A stretch of DNA of 63,676 nt, counting the filler, from Aduncisulcus paluster (lineage: Eukaryota): NCBI GenBank assembly GCA_024181965.1. It is 8 parts of 8 records of this genome, joined end to end, with 100 filler letters (N's around TTAATTAATTAA, not from the genome) between each part and the next. Parts side by side here need not be neighbours in the genome. Positions count along the whole stretch, not along the records: positions 36,581 to 53,817 come from BQXS01011321.1; 7 more parts are not named here. One strand, given 5' to 3'. The position numbers were made by a program, and so were the translations under genes. The notes under the pieces are model-generated. The model was not told the origin of the DNA. It saw nothing but the letters and a program-made list of their open reading frames with translations, and searched no databases. Positions 36,581 to 50,100 of the stretch are shown here, in pieces (the stretch's first letter is position 1; the number at the start of each line of letters is the position of its first letter).

Positions 36581-39500
36581 TTCGTAATTGTTCTTTCTTG
36601 AAGTCTGTCTCAATTCGTTGCCATTTCTGCTTCACCGCAACACGCTTGGTTGCAATTCGTTCCTCACGAGCCCTAGTAAGTTCCTGTAACTGCTTGTATT
36701 TCTCCGCCCATTGTGCCTCTTCTTCTTCCCTTTGCTTTTCTTCTTCAAGCTCCTTCTTTGTCTTTTTCTTGGGTTTTGCCGGAGGTTTCTTTTTCCCTTT
36801 CTTTTGTTCCTTTTCAGCTTCCTCGGCCAATCTTTGTTGCTCCTCTTTCCGATGTTCATTGCATAAATGAGAGAGTTCCTTTTCTTCCTCACAGGGTTCT
36901 TCGTGACAACTTTTTTCCTCAAGCTCCCAGAGTTTCTTAATTTCATCAAGAGACGAGAATTTGAGTCGTGTAGCTTGATTATCAGATGAAATTAATGCTG
37001 GTGACCCTGACATATGATCAATATCGCCTTCTTCTCCATTCCTTGGTGTAGATAAGCCAGATCTCTTCTTCTTCTTCACTCGGAATCACCCCACCGATCC
37101 GTTGTTTGGTTCGAATTCTACATTGGACGATTATAGGGAAAGGAGTGGGATTACCAATCTGGAGAGTCCGTTGAACACCAGGGCAGTGAGGACTTAATAC
37201 TGGGAATAACAGGACACTGTGGAAAAGTAGAGAGAGTGAGAGAGCCGAGAAAGGTGGCTGGAGAGGGGAAGATATGGTCTGAATCAGCATTGATGCTAGT
37301 TCAGCCTTTGATAGTGAACTGAGAGGACGGGTGGCATTAAGATCTGATAAGGACATCTTTGATCGATAATTCACAGCCTTATCTCCAGTGACAGTGACAG
37401 AAGAGCCTAATGGGGACGGGATTAATGTCGTCATAACATTAGCAAAACTCTCACGGTGTCTATCCTCCTCTTCTTTCCTTGCTCTCTCCTCATCCACACG
37501 TCGTCTAGTCTTCTTCCCAACTAATATTCCTTCACCAACTGATCTCACGACGACTGGAATCACACAGCTGCTATCACATTCGTCACAGGATATCAATATC
37601 TCCTCGGAATACTCTCCAGGACAACATGACATGAACATAACTGAGACTGGCTGACAGGACTGGGAAGGGAGTGAGAAAGTAAAGTGAGAGATGGGATCAA
37701 CAAGTGAGATTGAAGAGAAGGGGAGGGGACGTCGTATTATGGGTAAACAGGTCTCTTCTCCCTCTTCTTGTTCATGGAATTCATCGCTATTATTACTATT
37801 CGATACAGTGGAGTCAGAGGATACTGTTGGTTCAAATATTGAGGGTGATTTCCACTGTTCCCAATGACCTGACATGCTACCAATCGAAATATTCATTTTC
37901 TCCTTCATACTTTCCTCACTAATATCTTCCTCAAGTTTCTCACATTCCCGAGGTTCAAATCCAAGAATAGAACACATTCCCCGTTTGTTCCTCAAATAAA
38001 TGGGACAAGGTATCGATTCTGTCGGTTTCTGGGTCAGACTTGGGAACAAGAAAGGAGGTAGATCGATGGCAGCGAAGAGAGGAGACTGATCAAAGCTTCT
38101 GACGGTTGCTGGAATCCCTCCGCCACTCTTATCCATCATTTGCATCAACTTGAGTTCTCTTTCAATCTTATCCATGATGAAATAGTTCCTAAACAAACCA
38201 TACCCAGGATCAGAGACGGCAGGAGCCACGACAACGGTCTTTGTACGCAATTTCTGGGAAGAGGAGTCCAGAAGAGAACGCTGACTGTCAGTGGTAGAGA
38301 GAGATAGCGATTGATGAGTCACACTCTTTGATAATCTAGCGAGAGATCCACGTCGAGAAGAGGATGAAGGCCTCTTAACAGTGGAACCATGCATAATACT
38401 TCTCCTCTCAGCCTCATCTCGCTCTCTTTCCTCCTCTTCACGCTGTGCTTGCTCAATTAACTCAGTTTCAAGTCTTTTCTGCTCCTGCATATCGGAATAA
38501 GGAAGGAAATTCTGCACCGAAACAGAGAAATTCAGTTCAGAGTGTGTTGGATTCTGCAGTACGAATCGAACAACAGAACACGAACCAACAGGATGGGAAG
38601 AGAAGATAGGAGTCAGACGATTCAAAGAGGAGGAAGGGGCAATTGTGGATATTTGAACAGTATCTGCTTGAATATTATCACAAGGACTTTCTAACATCAT
38701 AGCTCCATCCTCTTCTTCTTCTTCTTCTTCTTCTTCTCCTCCTCCTTCTTTTTCTTCCTTTGCTTCCTCTTTCTTTTGTTCTTCTCTATCTTTTCCTTCT
38801 TCCTCTCCTTCCTTCTTCTCTTCGTTGTCTCCTTGAACAGGTTCAATAGCTTCGTCTAAATCTTGAGTACTATACTGTACTTCTGAAGACACCACTGTTG
38901 CAGGAGGTGTCGGTTGTTTGATACGATCAGAATTAATATCATCACCTTCTTCTTCGCACTGTTCCCATACTTCCCTCTGAATAATAGGCTTAGGAGTAGC
39001 AACTAAGAATGAGGGAGCAGCCAGGCGAGCTTTAATGCAGACTCCAACAATATCTTTCCCACAGACACACTCATTCATGATATTAAGATCACCAACAGAG
39101 TGACCGATTAAGGTGCACTCAACTACACGGTGAGAGTTTGCCGGAATAACACCATAGAGAGGAGCAAATGAAATGGTATACTTGGAACATTTTTGATTCT
39201 TGAATTTAAATGAAGAAGGAATGCAAGAACCGTTGATTAGTTTGAATGTTTCTTTATGCGGACAATTGATTAATGGTCTCTTTGAAATTGGGGGCTGAGG
39301 AAGTCTGTCAATATTATACTCAGCTTTGAATGCATCAATGGGGTTGAATCCACACAATATAATGGGGTAGGAGTAGCAACTAAGAATGAGGGAGCAGCCA
39401 GGCGAGCTTTAATGCAGACTCCAACAATATCTTTCCCACAGACACACTCATTCATGATATTAAGATCACCAACAGAGTGACCGATTAAGGTGCACTCAAC

Positions 39501-42500
39501 TACACGGTGAGAGTTTGCCGGAATAACACCATAGAGAGGAGCAAATGAAATGGTATACTTGGAACATTTTTGATTCTTGAATTTAAATGAAGAAGGAATG
39601 CAAGAACCGTTGATTAGTTTGAATGTTTCTTTATGCGGACAATTGATTAATGGTCTCTTTGAAATTGGGGGCTGAGGAAGTCTGTCAATATTATACTCAG
39701 CTTTGAATGCAGAATGAGGGAGCAGCCAGGCGAGCTTTAATGCAGACTCCAACAATATCTTTCCCACAGACACACTCATTCATGATATTAAGATCACCAA
39801 CAGAGTGACCGATTAAGGTGCACTCAACTACACGGTGAGAGTTTGCCGGAATAACACCATAGAGAGGAGCAAATGAAATGGTATACTTGGAACATTTTTG
39901 ATTCTTGAATTTAAATGAAGAAGGAATGCAAGAACCGTTGATTAGTTTGAATGTTTCTTTATGCGGACAATTGATTAATGGTCTCTTTGAAATTGGGGGC
40001 TGAGGAAGTCTGTCAATATTATACTCAGCTTTAATGCAGACTCCAACAATATCTTTCCCACAGACACACTCATTCATGATATTAAGATCACCAACAGAGT
40101 GACCGATTAAGGTGCACTCAACTACACGGTGAGAGTTTGCCGGAATAACACCATAGAGAGGAGCAAATGAAATGGTATACTTGGAACATTTTTGATTCTT
40201 GAATTTAAATGAAGAAGGAATGCAAGAACCGTTGATTAGTTTGAATGTTTCTTTATGCGGACAATTGATTAATGGTCTCTTTGAAATTGGGGGCTGAGGA
40301 AGTCTGTCAATATTATACTCAGCTTTGAATGCATCAATGGGGTTGAATCCACACAATATAATGGGGGTATCTACTCTGATTATGTTCTCGAATAAGATGC
40401 CAGTGATACTGATTGTCTTGGAATGGAGCTGTGAGGATATGTGAGGATCAACAAGAGACACTAATGGATTCCCAATATTAGTGGATCCAATTGTTCCGAG
40501 TTCTGATTCTATATTTAGCACACCGACGGCATGCCTTGAGTATATTCTAATCCAAGTCTTTAGAGGAGCCAACAAACATGCCTCAGGCAAGTGCATGTGT
40601 TCGGCAGAGCATGAGATATTGATTACTCTCGACTCATGCGGCCTTAGAACACCACTTCGATCAGAGATTTCAACCATTCGATCCTTGAAGAACAAAGCAG
40701 CTACATCAGATTCTCCACTCGACATGCTTATGGATCCACTTTGTTGTCTGCTTAGGATTTGGGAGGATTCTCTCACCAATCCCTCTTGTTGACGGGGATA
40801 GCCATCTGGATTCTCGACCTCAGACTTACGTTCGAGGAAATCCATCATTCTTCCACCATTCTCGTCAACAATTACTCTGCCCTTTTCTTTCCAGAATCCA
40901 ATCTCTTCCTCCTCAGTGCGTATATAATAGGAACACATGATTGGGGTCGGGTTGATGATTGTTATCATGCCATCGCCACAAGATCCAACAGATACAGGAC
41001 CAATGTGACACTCATTCTCAATAACATCGACAAAACTACTCACTGATCTAAAAATAACTCTGGCACTGACGACAGAACTCAGTGTGGAATCATCTTTGGA
41101 ATCATCCATGGCCCACTTGAGCATTTTCCTCTCTCGAACAAGATCCTTATTTTCTTTCTCATCTTTTACAATTTCCTCATCATTTTCATCATACAACTCT
41201 TCCAGCAAACCTCTATTCACATCAGCTTCAATAAATCCTCCAATCCTTGATCCATCAGAGTCTCGAAGAATAGGTACTGAGGAAATACAGGTCGGCAATG
41301 AACGGATATAAATAGGTATAGTAATATCATGCCAACCAAGGACTTTAGGCTGGAATGTCAAAGTGAATGAACGAGACGAGTGAGGGCCAATAATAGCTCT
41401 CTCTTCTCCTCTCTCCATCCGAATGTTTGTCAAGATAATATCGTCTCGATTGAACACTGAGGAATCAATATTCCACACTGCTCGAATGGGGAACTGATTC
41501 TCATTGATCACTGAGAAAGTTGTCCGAAATACGGAACTGATGAACACGTCGCTGCCTCGAATCAATGGGGGAGCAAGAGATATCGAAGGGGATATTGGCT
41601 TAAGCATAACAATAAAAGAAAAGGCTCTACGTCTCTCAACAGATGTGTATTCTTCTTGTAAGGGAATTGTATCACCTTCTTCGATAACACAGCCTGTTTG
41701 GGCTTGTTCAGAATCGTCAAGACAGACAAAGTCCACGTCAACCCTAACACACACATGCTCGAGTTCGACAGGAGCATATCTAAAGACAGGGACTCGCAGA
41801 GATGATTCCCTCTCAACACAGACGGCACCATCAACCAATGGAAACACTGACGGCGCTGTCTGAATTGTTGCTGAGGACATGTGATTATTGTAAGAGAGGA
41901 AAGAAATGTCCACGACAACACCAACGTTGCACACAGACTCACTTCGACATGAGATCTCAACATCTGTAAAAGTACCAATGGGTGTAGCTAATATAGCACA
42001 TGTAGGGAGGTGTGGAAGAGGTCTAGATGGAAGGGAGAGTAAAGTAAGATCACGTGAAGAGGTGGACATATATCCACTCATCTGGCCGACCATTCTTTCC
42101 TCATCGTATGTCATGTCATCGATCTCCTTATTCCACACAAATGGTCGGTCTCCATTCCATTTTTCAGTGCGAGAATAGCGAGTATCAAGCCCAATAAGTC
42201 CGTGGGGTGGAATCATGGGAACTGGGTGTGGTTCTTGTTCTTCTTCCTCTCTTTTCTGCACTGTCATTTCCTCCATATCGCCCTCATCTGTGCCTATATC
42301 TGTGCCTCTACCCTCGTCTACTGTGTGACTTGAACCAATAATATCCTCGGGGGACTGTCCAGGTGCACCTTCAGGGAATGCTTCGTCTTCAGGGCTTGGT
42401 ATCTCTGTGGAGGCAACAGTCTCTCCCATGATGGGTGCATTGGCTTCTTCATCATCAAGACCTTCGTTGAATAGATCAGATGAAGCCCTATGGATTATAT

Positions 42501-43569
42501 CTTGATCATCACCATGTTGATGACGAGATCTACTGCAATGAATGTCACCGAGATCCGTTTCATCGTCCATTCTCTTCTTCTTCTTTTCAAGCATTCTCTG
42601 TGTCTCATCTCGTTTAATCTCAATGCCACAGGCATCAAGCCTGGAACCGACAGTACCACTGGCAACTGCTCGTTCCCAGGGAACAAGAGACTTTGGAGCA
42701 TCGATATCGAGAGGGGAAAGGCTAACCTTGAACAACGGCTCATCTCCATGCACTGAACATATCGATTCGCTGCTCTGAGCTGCTCCTATATGTGAGGCAG
42801 TCGAGGAATCAATCGCATCTCCAGGAACCTCCCATTTATCTTCAGCTAAGGGCATGCTAACATCAGAACAGCCCCAAATACCAGTCACAGCTCCTTCCAC
42901 ACTTCCACACATACTGACTACTTTCATAGGAGTATAGAAAGAAGGGGAGGAACATAGATAGAGAGTCAAGGAAAGGCGATAGGGAGGAACGAGAAGCTTA
43001 TCCGAGGGAGCTGATTGGAGTTCACAAGAACCATACATATTGGCTGAGCAAAATGAGAGATGGGAAGTAGCAGCAGAAAGAGTTTGGCGAGATGATTGGA
43101 GAGGGGGAGAAAATACAAATTCAATATTTGTTGGAGTGTGAGGTGGCAATGAAAACCGCTTTGGATATATAGAAAAATAAGATTCTGTTAGAATATTCTC
43201 AGAATCAACTTCACGATCATGATAGGCCTTTAATGATTCAACAGAGCCTGTCTGTGGCAGAGCACATGCAGGTCCCGTTGTAATAACATATGTTTTAGTA
43301 GTATCTGTATTATTTTGAATTGTGATTATTCTTTTTGATGTCTTACCAGGCAGACATGGATCAATAACAATTTCATCGGGTATCGAACCAAGTTCGGCAG
43401 CTGAAAATGATGTTGACTTTTTTTGCAATGTTTTTTTAGAACGCTTTTTATCCTTAAATTTTACAGATTGTGTTCTCATCGATCTCCGCAAAGGATGCTT
43501 TGGCTTGAGCTCGAATTTACCGTAAAAAGCGGGATTTTTTCTCACTTTTATGGGTTTTGGCACATTCAT
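36581..43569 (-). CDS. Very large ciliary-type protein with multiple ASH (ASPM-SPD-2-Hydin)/PapD-like Ig domains, DLEC1/CFAP81-like; 3' partial, with an artefactual duplication and one frameshift
   Basis: Repeated motifs ITIQNNT...FSIYPKRFSLPP, SVINENQFP...IIGPHSSRSFTLTFQP, TIINPTP...GVLRPHES, VLQNPTHSEL, IGNPTPFP; ORFs 39697..43575 and 37018..39357 share a frame (duplicate offset 999 nt); K/E-rich tail lies in the +1 frame. Confidence 0.6.
38990..40370. repeat. About four near-identical copies of a ~300-370-bp coding block (probable mis-assembly)
   Basis: Block KAEYNIDRLPQPP...DIVGVCIKA repeated identically with frame-breaking junctions. Confidence 0.85.
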
Positions 43570-44026
43570 TGCCAAAATATATTATAATTAAATGATAAGT
43601 TTACCACAAATTGGTAGCAACAGCGAAATTTAATCAAATATTGTGGGGGGCAATAAATATAATGTTTGCATTTTAATTATTATTCTTAAGGCACAGATAA
43701 ATAATATTTTTAGATTAACATTCAATTTAATGAAAAGATTAATTCTCTAGATGAATTTTTATTGTAACTCGGGTAATAATAATGTTAATATATAATGAAA
43801 GGCGAAAAATTTATTACAGATAATATAATAGTTTATTTATAATGTTTAAATTGAAATATGAAAAACATGTCGGGTTTGGGAAAATTTGCAGAGCGACAAG
43901 GCTAACATAGTAACCCCAAGACAATATATTGGATCATGTGAATTAATTTGAAAGTAAAAATATTGAGAAATCAAAAGTGATATAATTTCAACTGTATGCT
44001 TCTTATTTTGTGAGTTATCTTTGGAT

Positions 44027-45071
44027 CTACTTGAAGCTTCTGATTGTTGTTTTCTTCTTCTTCTCTCCCTTTGGGGCACTTCTATATAATCTTTCTTGAG
44101 CAGAGAGCTTCTTTGGAGGTGGAGCGACTGGTGCCCTGCCCTCGAATGGATTGTCAGAACCCAAGGAAAGATGGGGAAATCTTGAGAGGAACTCAACGAC
44201 ATCCTCCTGACAATACACTATTCTTTCAATGGGGATTCCTCTGTCAATCAAAAGAGTGCATCCCTCGAGAACTGGCCAGGCCTCTGTTCCAATAACAACG
44301 ATTGTGGTGGTCTCTTTCTTGATGAAATGGTACAAATCTGAGGGAATGGGATTGATGGCACGTCTAATACGTGAGAATGGCAATGAATGTGAACCCCAGA
44401 TATGGAATTTCTCATATTCAGGACCGTCACGAACGTCAACAAGACAGAACCCACGATCAGAGTCTAAAGTCATTTCTTTCTTTGATCCGTCTCCGCTTTC
44501 CAACCAAACACTTGTAATAATGCTTCCCTCTGCACGGTGACCACGAGTAGCCGCAAGTCTGATCAAGGAGGACTCACGAGATACAGATATCTGTGAGGCA
44601 GCCTTGGCCTCACGTCCATCGAGAGTTTCACGGGCAAATGAGCGTGCATCATGTCCAGATACAGATGGGGGGCGATGATCAAGCTGGGTCAAAGCAGTAA
44701 CTTCTTTGGCTTTGGTTGTGGCTCCTAGTTGATCACTTTCTGATGCCAATTCAAGAGGAAGAAAAGAATGAGGGATTGTTCCTTTTGGAAAGGGTATGGT
44801 ACCTTCCTGTGCAGCTGGCATGGAGATAACACTCTCAGTAACTGGGGCTGGAACAAATGAATCTTGGAAAATACTCTCTCCACTCTCAAAGGTGTCAGGA
44901 ACAGAAGCAACTACTTTGGCAGCAGATATCCATGTGAAGAGAGTGGAAATTTTGATCCTACGACAGGGTGTTTTTTTCTTAAAACGCAGATCTATGACAA
45001 ATAAGGAATATTGAGCATATTGTTTAAAATAGATGAAGATAATATAATAACATACTCTTTGATTGTCTCAT
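44027..45071 (-). CDS. CEP41: CEP41-like rhodanese-domain centrosomal/ciliary protein; exons 45071-45056 and 44991-44027
   Basis: FCLVDVRDGPEYEKFHIWGSHSLPFSRIRRAINP...LIDRG...FP; upstream RRIKISTLF recalls CEP41 KRLKVTTF; a 64-nt GTATGT...CATAG intron (44992-45055) extends the frame to MRQSKN. Confidence 0.75.
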
Positions 45072-45122
45072 TTTTGCAATAAAGTATCGAGATGAAAACC
45101 CAATCTTGCCAAGATGTTACCA

Positions 45123-46098
45123 ATTGGAAATTATGCGGTGCAAATTGTGAAAATTAAATCAGCTAGTATTAATATGTTGTTTTCAAAGAGGATAATGCTC
45201 ATTGCATTTTTCATTTTCATATCACATTTTCCCATTACCATTTAAAGGATTTTGTTTCGAGATAGCCTTACTTACGTTATTTCTATTCCTTTTAACATGT
45301 TAATTTTGCCTCAAACGTTTGATGAAACCAATTTATAAACATATATCAACTATAGCAAACCCCAATATTGCGATTGTGAAATATTGGGGGAAACAAGAAG
45401 GACCGTATAATTTACCACTGAATGGTTCCATATCATTCGGCTTAGATGATCAATTCATCACAGAAACACATATTTATTCAGATGTAAAGGAATCAAAGTA
45501 TGTTATCAATGGAATAGATGTCGAGGAGTGTCCCGCATTAATCCGTGGGATTTTTGAGGCCATTGAAGTTATAAAATCACCTAGTATAATTCCTCCTCTC
45601 CATATTCATTATTGGAAATTATGCGGTGCAAATTGTGAAAATTAAATCAGCTAGTATTAATATGTTGTTTTCAAAGAGGATAATGCTCATTGCATTTTTC
45701 ATTTTCATATCACATTTTCCCATTACCATTTAAAGGATTTTGTTTCGAGATAGCCTTACTTACGTTATTTCTATTCCTTTTAACATGTTAATTTTGCCTC
45801 AAACGTTTGATGAAACCAATTTATAAACATATATCAACTATAGCAAACCCCAATATTGCGATTGTGAAATATTGGGGGAAACAAGAAGGACCGTATAATT
45901 TACCACTGAATGGTTCCATATCATTCGGCTTAGATGATCAATTCATCACAGAAACACATATTTATTCAGATGTAAAGGAATCAAAGTATGTTATCAATGG
46001 AATAGATGTCGAGGAGTGTCCCGCATTAATCCGTGGGATTTTTGAGGCCATTGAAGTTATAAAATCACCTAGTATAATTCCTCCTCTCCATATTCATT
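45123..46098. repeat. 488-bp tandem duplication producing a false truncated MVD ORF (45319..45645)
   Basis: 45123-45610 matches 45611-46098. Confidence 0.9.
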
Positions 46099-46898
46099 CA
46101 ACTAATAATTTCCCAACAAAATCTGGTTTGGCTTCTTCGGCGGCCGCTGCGGCATCCATATCGTTGGCATTATGCACTTTATTTGATATTCCTGATTCTG
46201 ATATTAGCTCAATTGCTCGTTGTGGCTCAGGATCTGGAGCTCGCAGTATTCTTGGTGGATTGTGTGAGCTTACTGTTCAGAAAAAAGAAATTCCACAAAT
46301 ATCTTCATTTTCCTGCGATATTAAACCGCTAGTTAAATCATCTACAGATAAATTAGACGATAAACATTCACCATTCATATCCCGTATTCGAGGTACCAGT
46401 ATTTCTCCAATTCATTCTCTATTAACACCCTTATTTCGAGTAATAGTGTATAAGAGTGATCGTAAATGTGAAGCTAAAACGATTTCTTCAAGGCAGGGGA
46501 TGATATTTAGCAAGAAAACTTCATTACTTCTCTCTGATCGAGTTGAACGAATTGTTCCTGTTCGAATGCGACATGTTAGAGCAGCTTTAGAGGCTGGTAA
46601 TGCAAGTGAGTTATTTAAACTCATGATTATGGACTCTAATAACTTCCACGCGATATGTCTTGATACTTTCCCACCTCTTCGATACATTTCTGATGCTTCC
46701 TGGAAAATAGCTGAGGCAGTATTGGAGATAGGACACGATAAATGTGGATATACATTCGATGCGGGGGACCATTGTGTTGTTCTTACTTTGGAAAAATTTT
46801 TGGAGGAAGTAATATCCTTCATTTCATCTAAATGCGATAGATCACCTCATTTAATATCTTCCATTGGGAAAGGTACAAGAATAACAAAGTGTGAATGA
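45810..46898 (+). CDS. MVD: Diphosphomevalonate decarboxylase (GHMP family)
   Basis: NIAIVKYWGK, NNFPTKSGLASSA, RCGSGSGARS, DSNNFHAICLDTFPP, YTFDAG. Confidence 0.95.
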   Translation: MKPIYKHISTIANPNIAIVKYWGKQEGPYNLPLNGSISFGLDDQFITETHIYSDVKESKYVINGIDVEECPALIRGIFEAIEVIKSPSIIPPLHIHSTNNFPTKSGLASSAAAAASISLALCTLFDIPDSDISSIARCGSGSGARSILGGLCELTVQKKEIPQISSFSCDIKPLVKSSTDKLDDKHSPFISRIRGTSISPIHSLLTPLFRVIVYKSDRKCEAKTISSRQGMIFSKKTSLLLSDRVERIVPVRMRHVRAALEAGNASELFKLMIMDSNNFHAICLDTFPPLRYISDASWKIAEAVLEIGHDKCGYTFDAGDHCVVLTLEKFLEEVISFISSKCDRSPHLISSIGKGTRITKCE

Positions 46899-47135
46899 AT
46901 TTTATGTTGTTAATTGCTTTTCGTTAGTTTGTTACTTCTCTATATAATCCAATATCGAGTCGATTATCATTCACATGAATCTAGTCATTAAAATACAATT
47001 CTTTTGCATAAAATTCTTTAATAAATGTTTTAAAATTTCTTTTTATTTCTTTTTATTGGAAAAAAATGCTCATAAATCGAGTCAGGTTCTAATTTTGGCT
47101 TTTTGCTAGGAATGGCTTAATATATAAATTATAAA

Positions 47136-50100
47136 ATGGATGTTTTTTTATCTCAATTAAAAGATAGTCTTATTGCAATTGCTGAAGTTGAAGAAAAGAA
47201 ATCAACAGAACCAATAGTTGTTTCTGATTTTACATTGTTATTTCACGAGTCGACATTATTACATATTTTTCAAAATGATAGTTTAAAGGAAGAATGGTTG
47301 AAAATAATTGAAAAAACTACATTTTCTGCAGAATCTTTTTCAATGAAACGCTTCTTGAAACTATTCTTTAATTTCCCCATCTTATTCTCAACTCAAGTGA
47401 TTAGTCACATAGGGGAGGAGTTTTTATTAGATATATGCGTATGGATTATGAGAATCTATATTAAATCTCATGAAGAACAAGCTTCGGCCTTATCTTCATT
47501 TCAAAAATCAAATAGTGATAAAATAACTGCTTTAGTCTCTCACCTTAAACCTCCATTTATGTCTGAGTCGCTTAAGAGCCGTATTACTGAAGTTAGCTCA
47601 CATAAGTATGATATTTGTCCATCCATACGTTCTCTTCCTTCTTCTCTTCCTCCTTTTTTCTATAGATATTGCGAAATAATTAAAACAAATCGTGTAACAC
47701 GGATAAAACAGCATAATGAGCATATTTCAATGGTTCTTTTGTTGGAATTAATTTTATCTACTTTTAGAACACATCTTGAGAAACAAACTCTGCTAAGTGA
47801 ATTATTCTCCTCTTCAAACTTTGATTTATCGGAAACTTTGCATTTAATTATGGATTCTATTCTCTGTTTATCATGGTCGGTATTTTCATGTACGATACCT
47901 TCCAAATCTGCTTATTTCGCACAGAAAGAGTTGTTTTATAGTAGTATTTTCTCTATTTCGGAACAATATTTCACTATATTGGATAAATTATTGCTTTATT
48001 TAGATCATAAAGGTCAAAAGGATACTGATAAGAAAGTCATTGATTCTGCATTGATAAAGAATGTCTCCAATATTTTGATTCTTTCGTGTAGAATTGTCTA
48101 TGATGATGCTATAATCACTAAAGAAGAGCTATTCTCTGACAGGATCATTCCAATCTGTATGGTATGTTTCAAACTCTCTGTTCGAATCTCCTCCTCTTCT
48201 TCTTCCTCTTCCTCTTCTTCTTCCTCTTCCTCTTCTTCTTCTTCTTCCTCTTCCGCTTTGGCGAGAATATCTGAAACTATTACAAAAGAAGAAGAAGTGG
48301 ATGGAGAAGAACAATGTTCCAATATTCATGAACGTAAATTAGCAGTGTGTGTTGATTTGTTCGTGTTCGTTGGTTTTATTTGTCTGGATTATTTATGTTC
48401 TCTTGATCATACAACAAGAAGCATTCCATCTCCAAACTCTACTGTTTCTCAAAGGAAAAGTTCTTCTCCAAAAATAGAAATTTCTCAGATGAAAAAAATG
48501 GAACAAGATATAAAAGTCCTCTATATTCATGAATTCAACACTAAATTATGTTCGTTTGTATTATTTTTATCTGAAGCTTGTAAATCGATAAATATCCTAT
48601 CTTCTCATCTTAAAATAGATGTTTTTTCAACCCTCTTTGAGGTAATACTCCATGAAATGATGGGGGAAGAGCGAGTATTTGAAGATAATGAAGTAGAATT
48701 GATTGAAAATACTGAATTCTATGAAGTGTGTGAATATTCATGTTCAGTATGCTTAGAAGTCAATTATTTTCTTATATTCCATCCTATTTTACAATCTTTC
48801 CTCAAATCTTCGCATCGAACATATTTCATTCATTCTTCCTTGGTTCCTTGCATTGAGCCTGCAATAAGAAAGTATTTGACTGTGTTAGATAATAGTGAAC
48901 CAAAAGATGACATAACTTATTCGCGCTCGGGAGAATCTAAGGGTTTACTTCATAAAGGAATTATTGATGCTATGTCTAAAACCATATCTCACGAAAAAGA
49001 ACATTTTTTGGCATCTTTGTTTGAAATATTATGTTTGTGCATTCATCGATATATACTTGAATCGATCGAATTGTCCCATACTCCCTTGTTATCTCCTTCC
49101 TCAAATATCATTGAGTTCTTTTGGCTTATTGATATTGTTATGAAGCCGCAATTCGAAGTGTTCCACTCCGAAAGTATATTTCAAGAAATATCCCAGATAT
49201 TATTCTCATTCTTGATGCAAATTTGTGCCAATCGCGAGATATTTAGTTCTTTGCTAAAACTACCATTTGATACAATAATAATTCAGTTAATGTGGTATTT
49301 TGTTATTGTAACGGGGGAAGAATTAAATTGTCTGAAGAATTTGGGAGATAATATTGGGAAAAGTGGAACGAAAGGAAAGGATGATTTCAAATATTATTCG
49401 GAGAGTATCTTGAACTTGAAGCAAACATTAAGATCTTTCGTTGCTTTCCTTCAAAACCTCAAAGATCATCTATATACAATATTTATGACTTTATTTTATG
49501 CATTCCCATCCAAAAAGAATTGTAATATTTCGATCCTTGTTTATATTCTGAATATTTGGGTGTCAGAATATCCCCAATTAACGTTTGATTCCTCAATTTC
49601 TGAGAGGAAAGTTGAAGATAGAATGCCGGAAGATGGAGGAAAGATGGCTCCAAAAATAGATATGAGTAGAAAAGTCAAGATAAGCGAACAACTGATTTGC
49701 TGTGATCTATTCCAATTCTGTGATATTTCAATGCTTTTAAAAGGGTTTTCTTATTCCACCAAAGTAATACAAGTCCAAGACGAGGAACAAGAAAATCAGA
49801 ATAATAATTCAATCAAATTCCAGGATTTATTGTGTGAGGAAAGTTGGGTTTCACAAGTTATTCACATCTTTTCAAAATTATATGATAGATTTCCAGATAT
49901 TTCTGTATCATTATTTTCAAGTTTGAATTGTTATTTACTTCAATTTCCTACAAATTGTATTTTATCTGTGATTTTATGTTGTGTTTCGGCGATGAAATCT
50001 CCCAAATGTTTTGATTGCATGTCTGGGTTGTTTTCAAATATTGCTAAAAAGTTGGAAACTCTTGATTGCAATATTTCTGACTTATTTGATCCTGATTTAT

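Noticed and set aside
38990-40370. Tandem exon-like arrays suggesting alternative exons, DGR template/variable repeats or gene scrambling (also 18860-20010)
   Set aside because: Copies appear identical, junctions lack splice sites and break frames, and collapsing them restores single ORFs; typical of gap-filling errors.
45319-45645. Second, truncated MVD gene; similarly the truncated duplicate start at 31389
   Set aside because: Products of identical 488-bp and 339-bp tandem duplications; probably artefacts (long reads would settle it).
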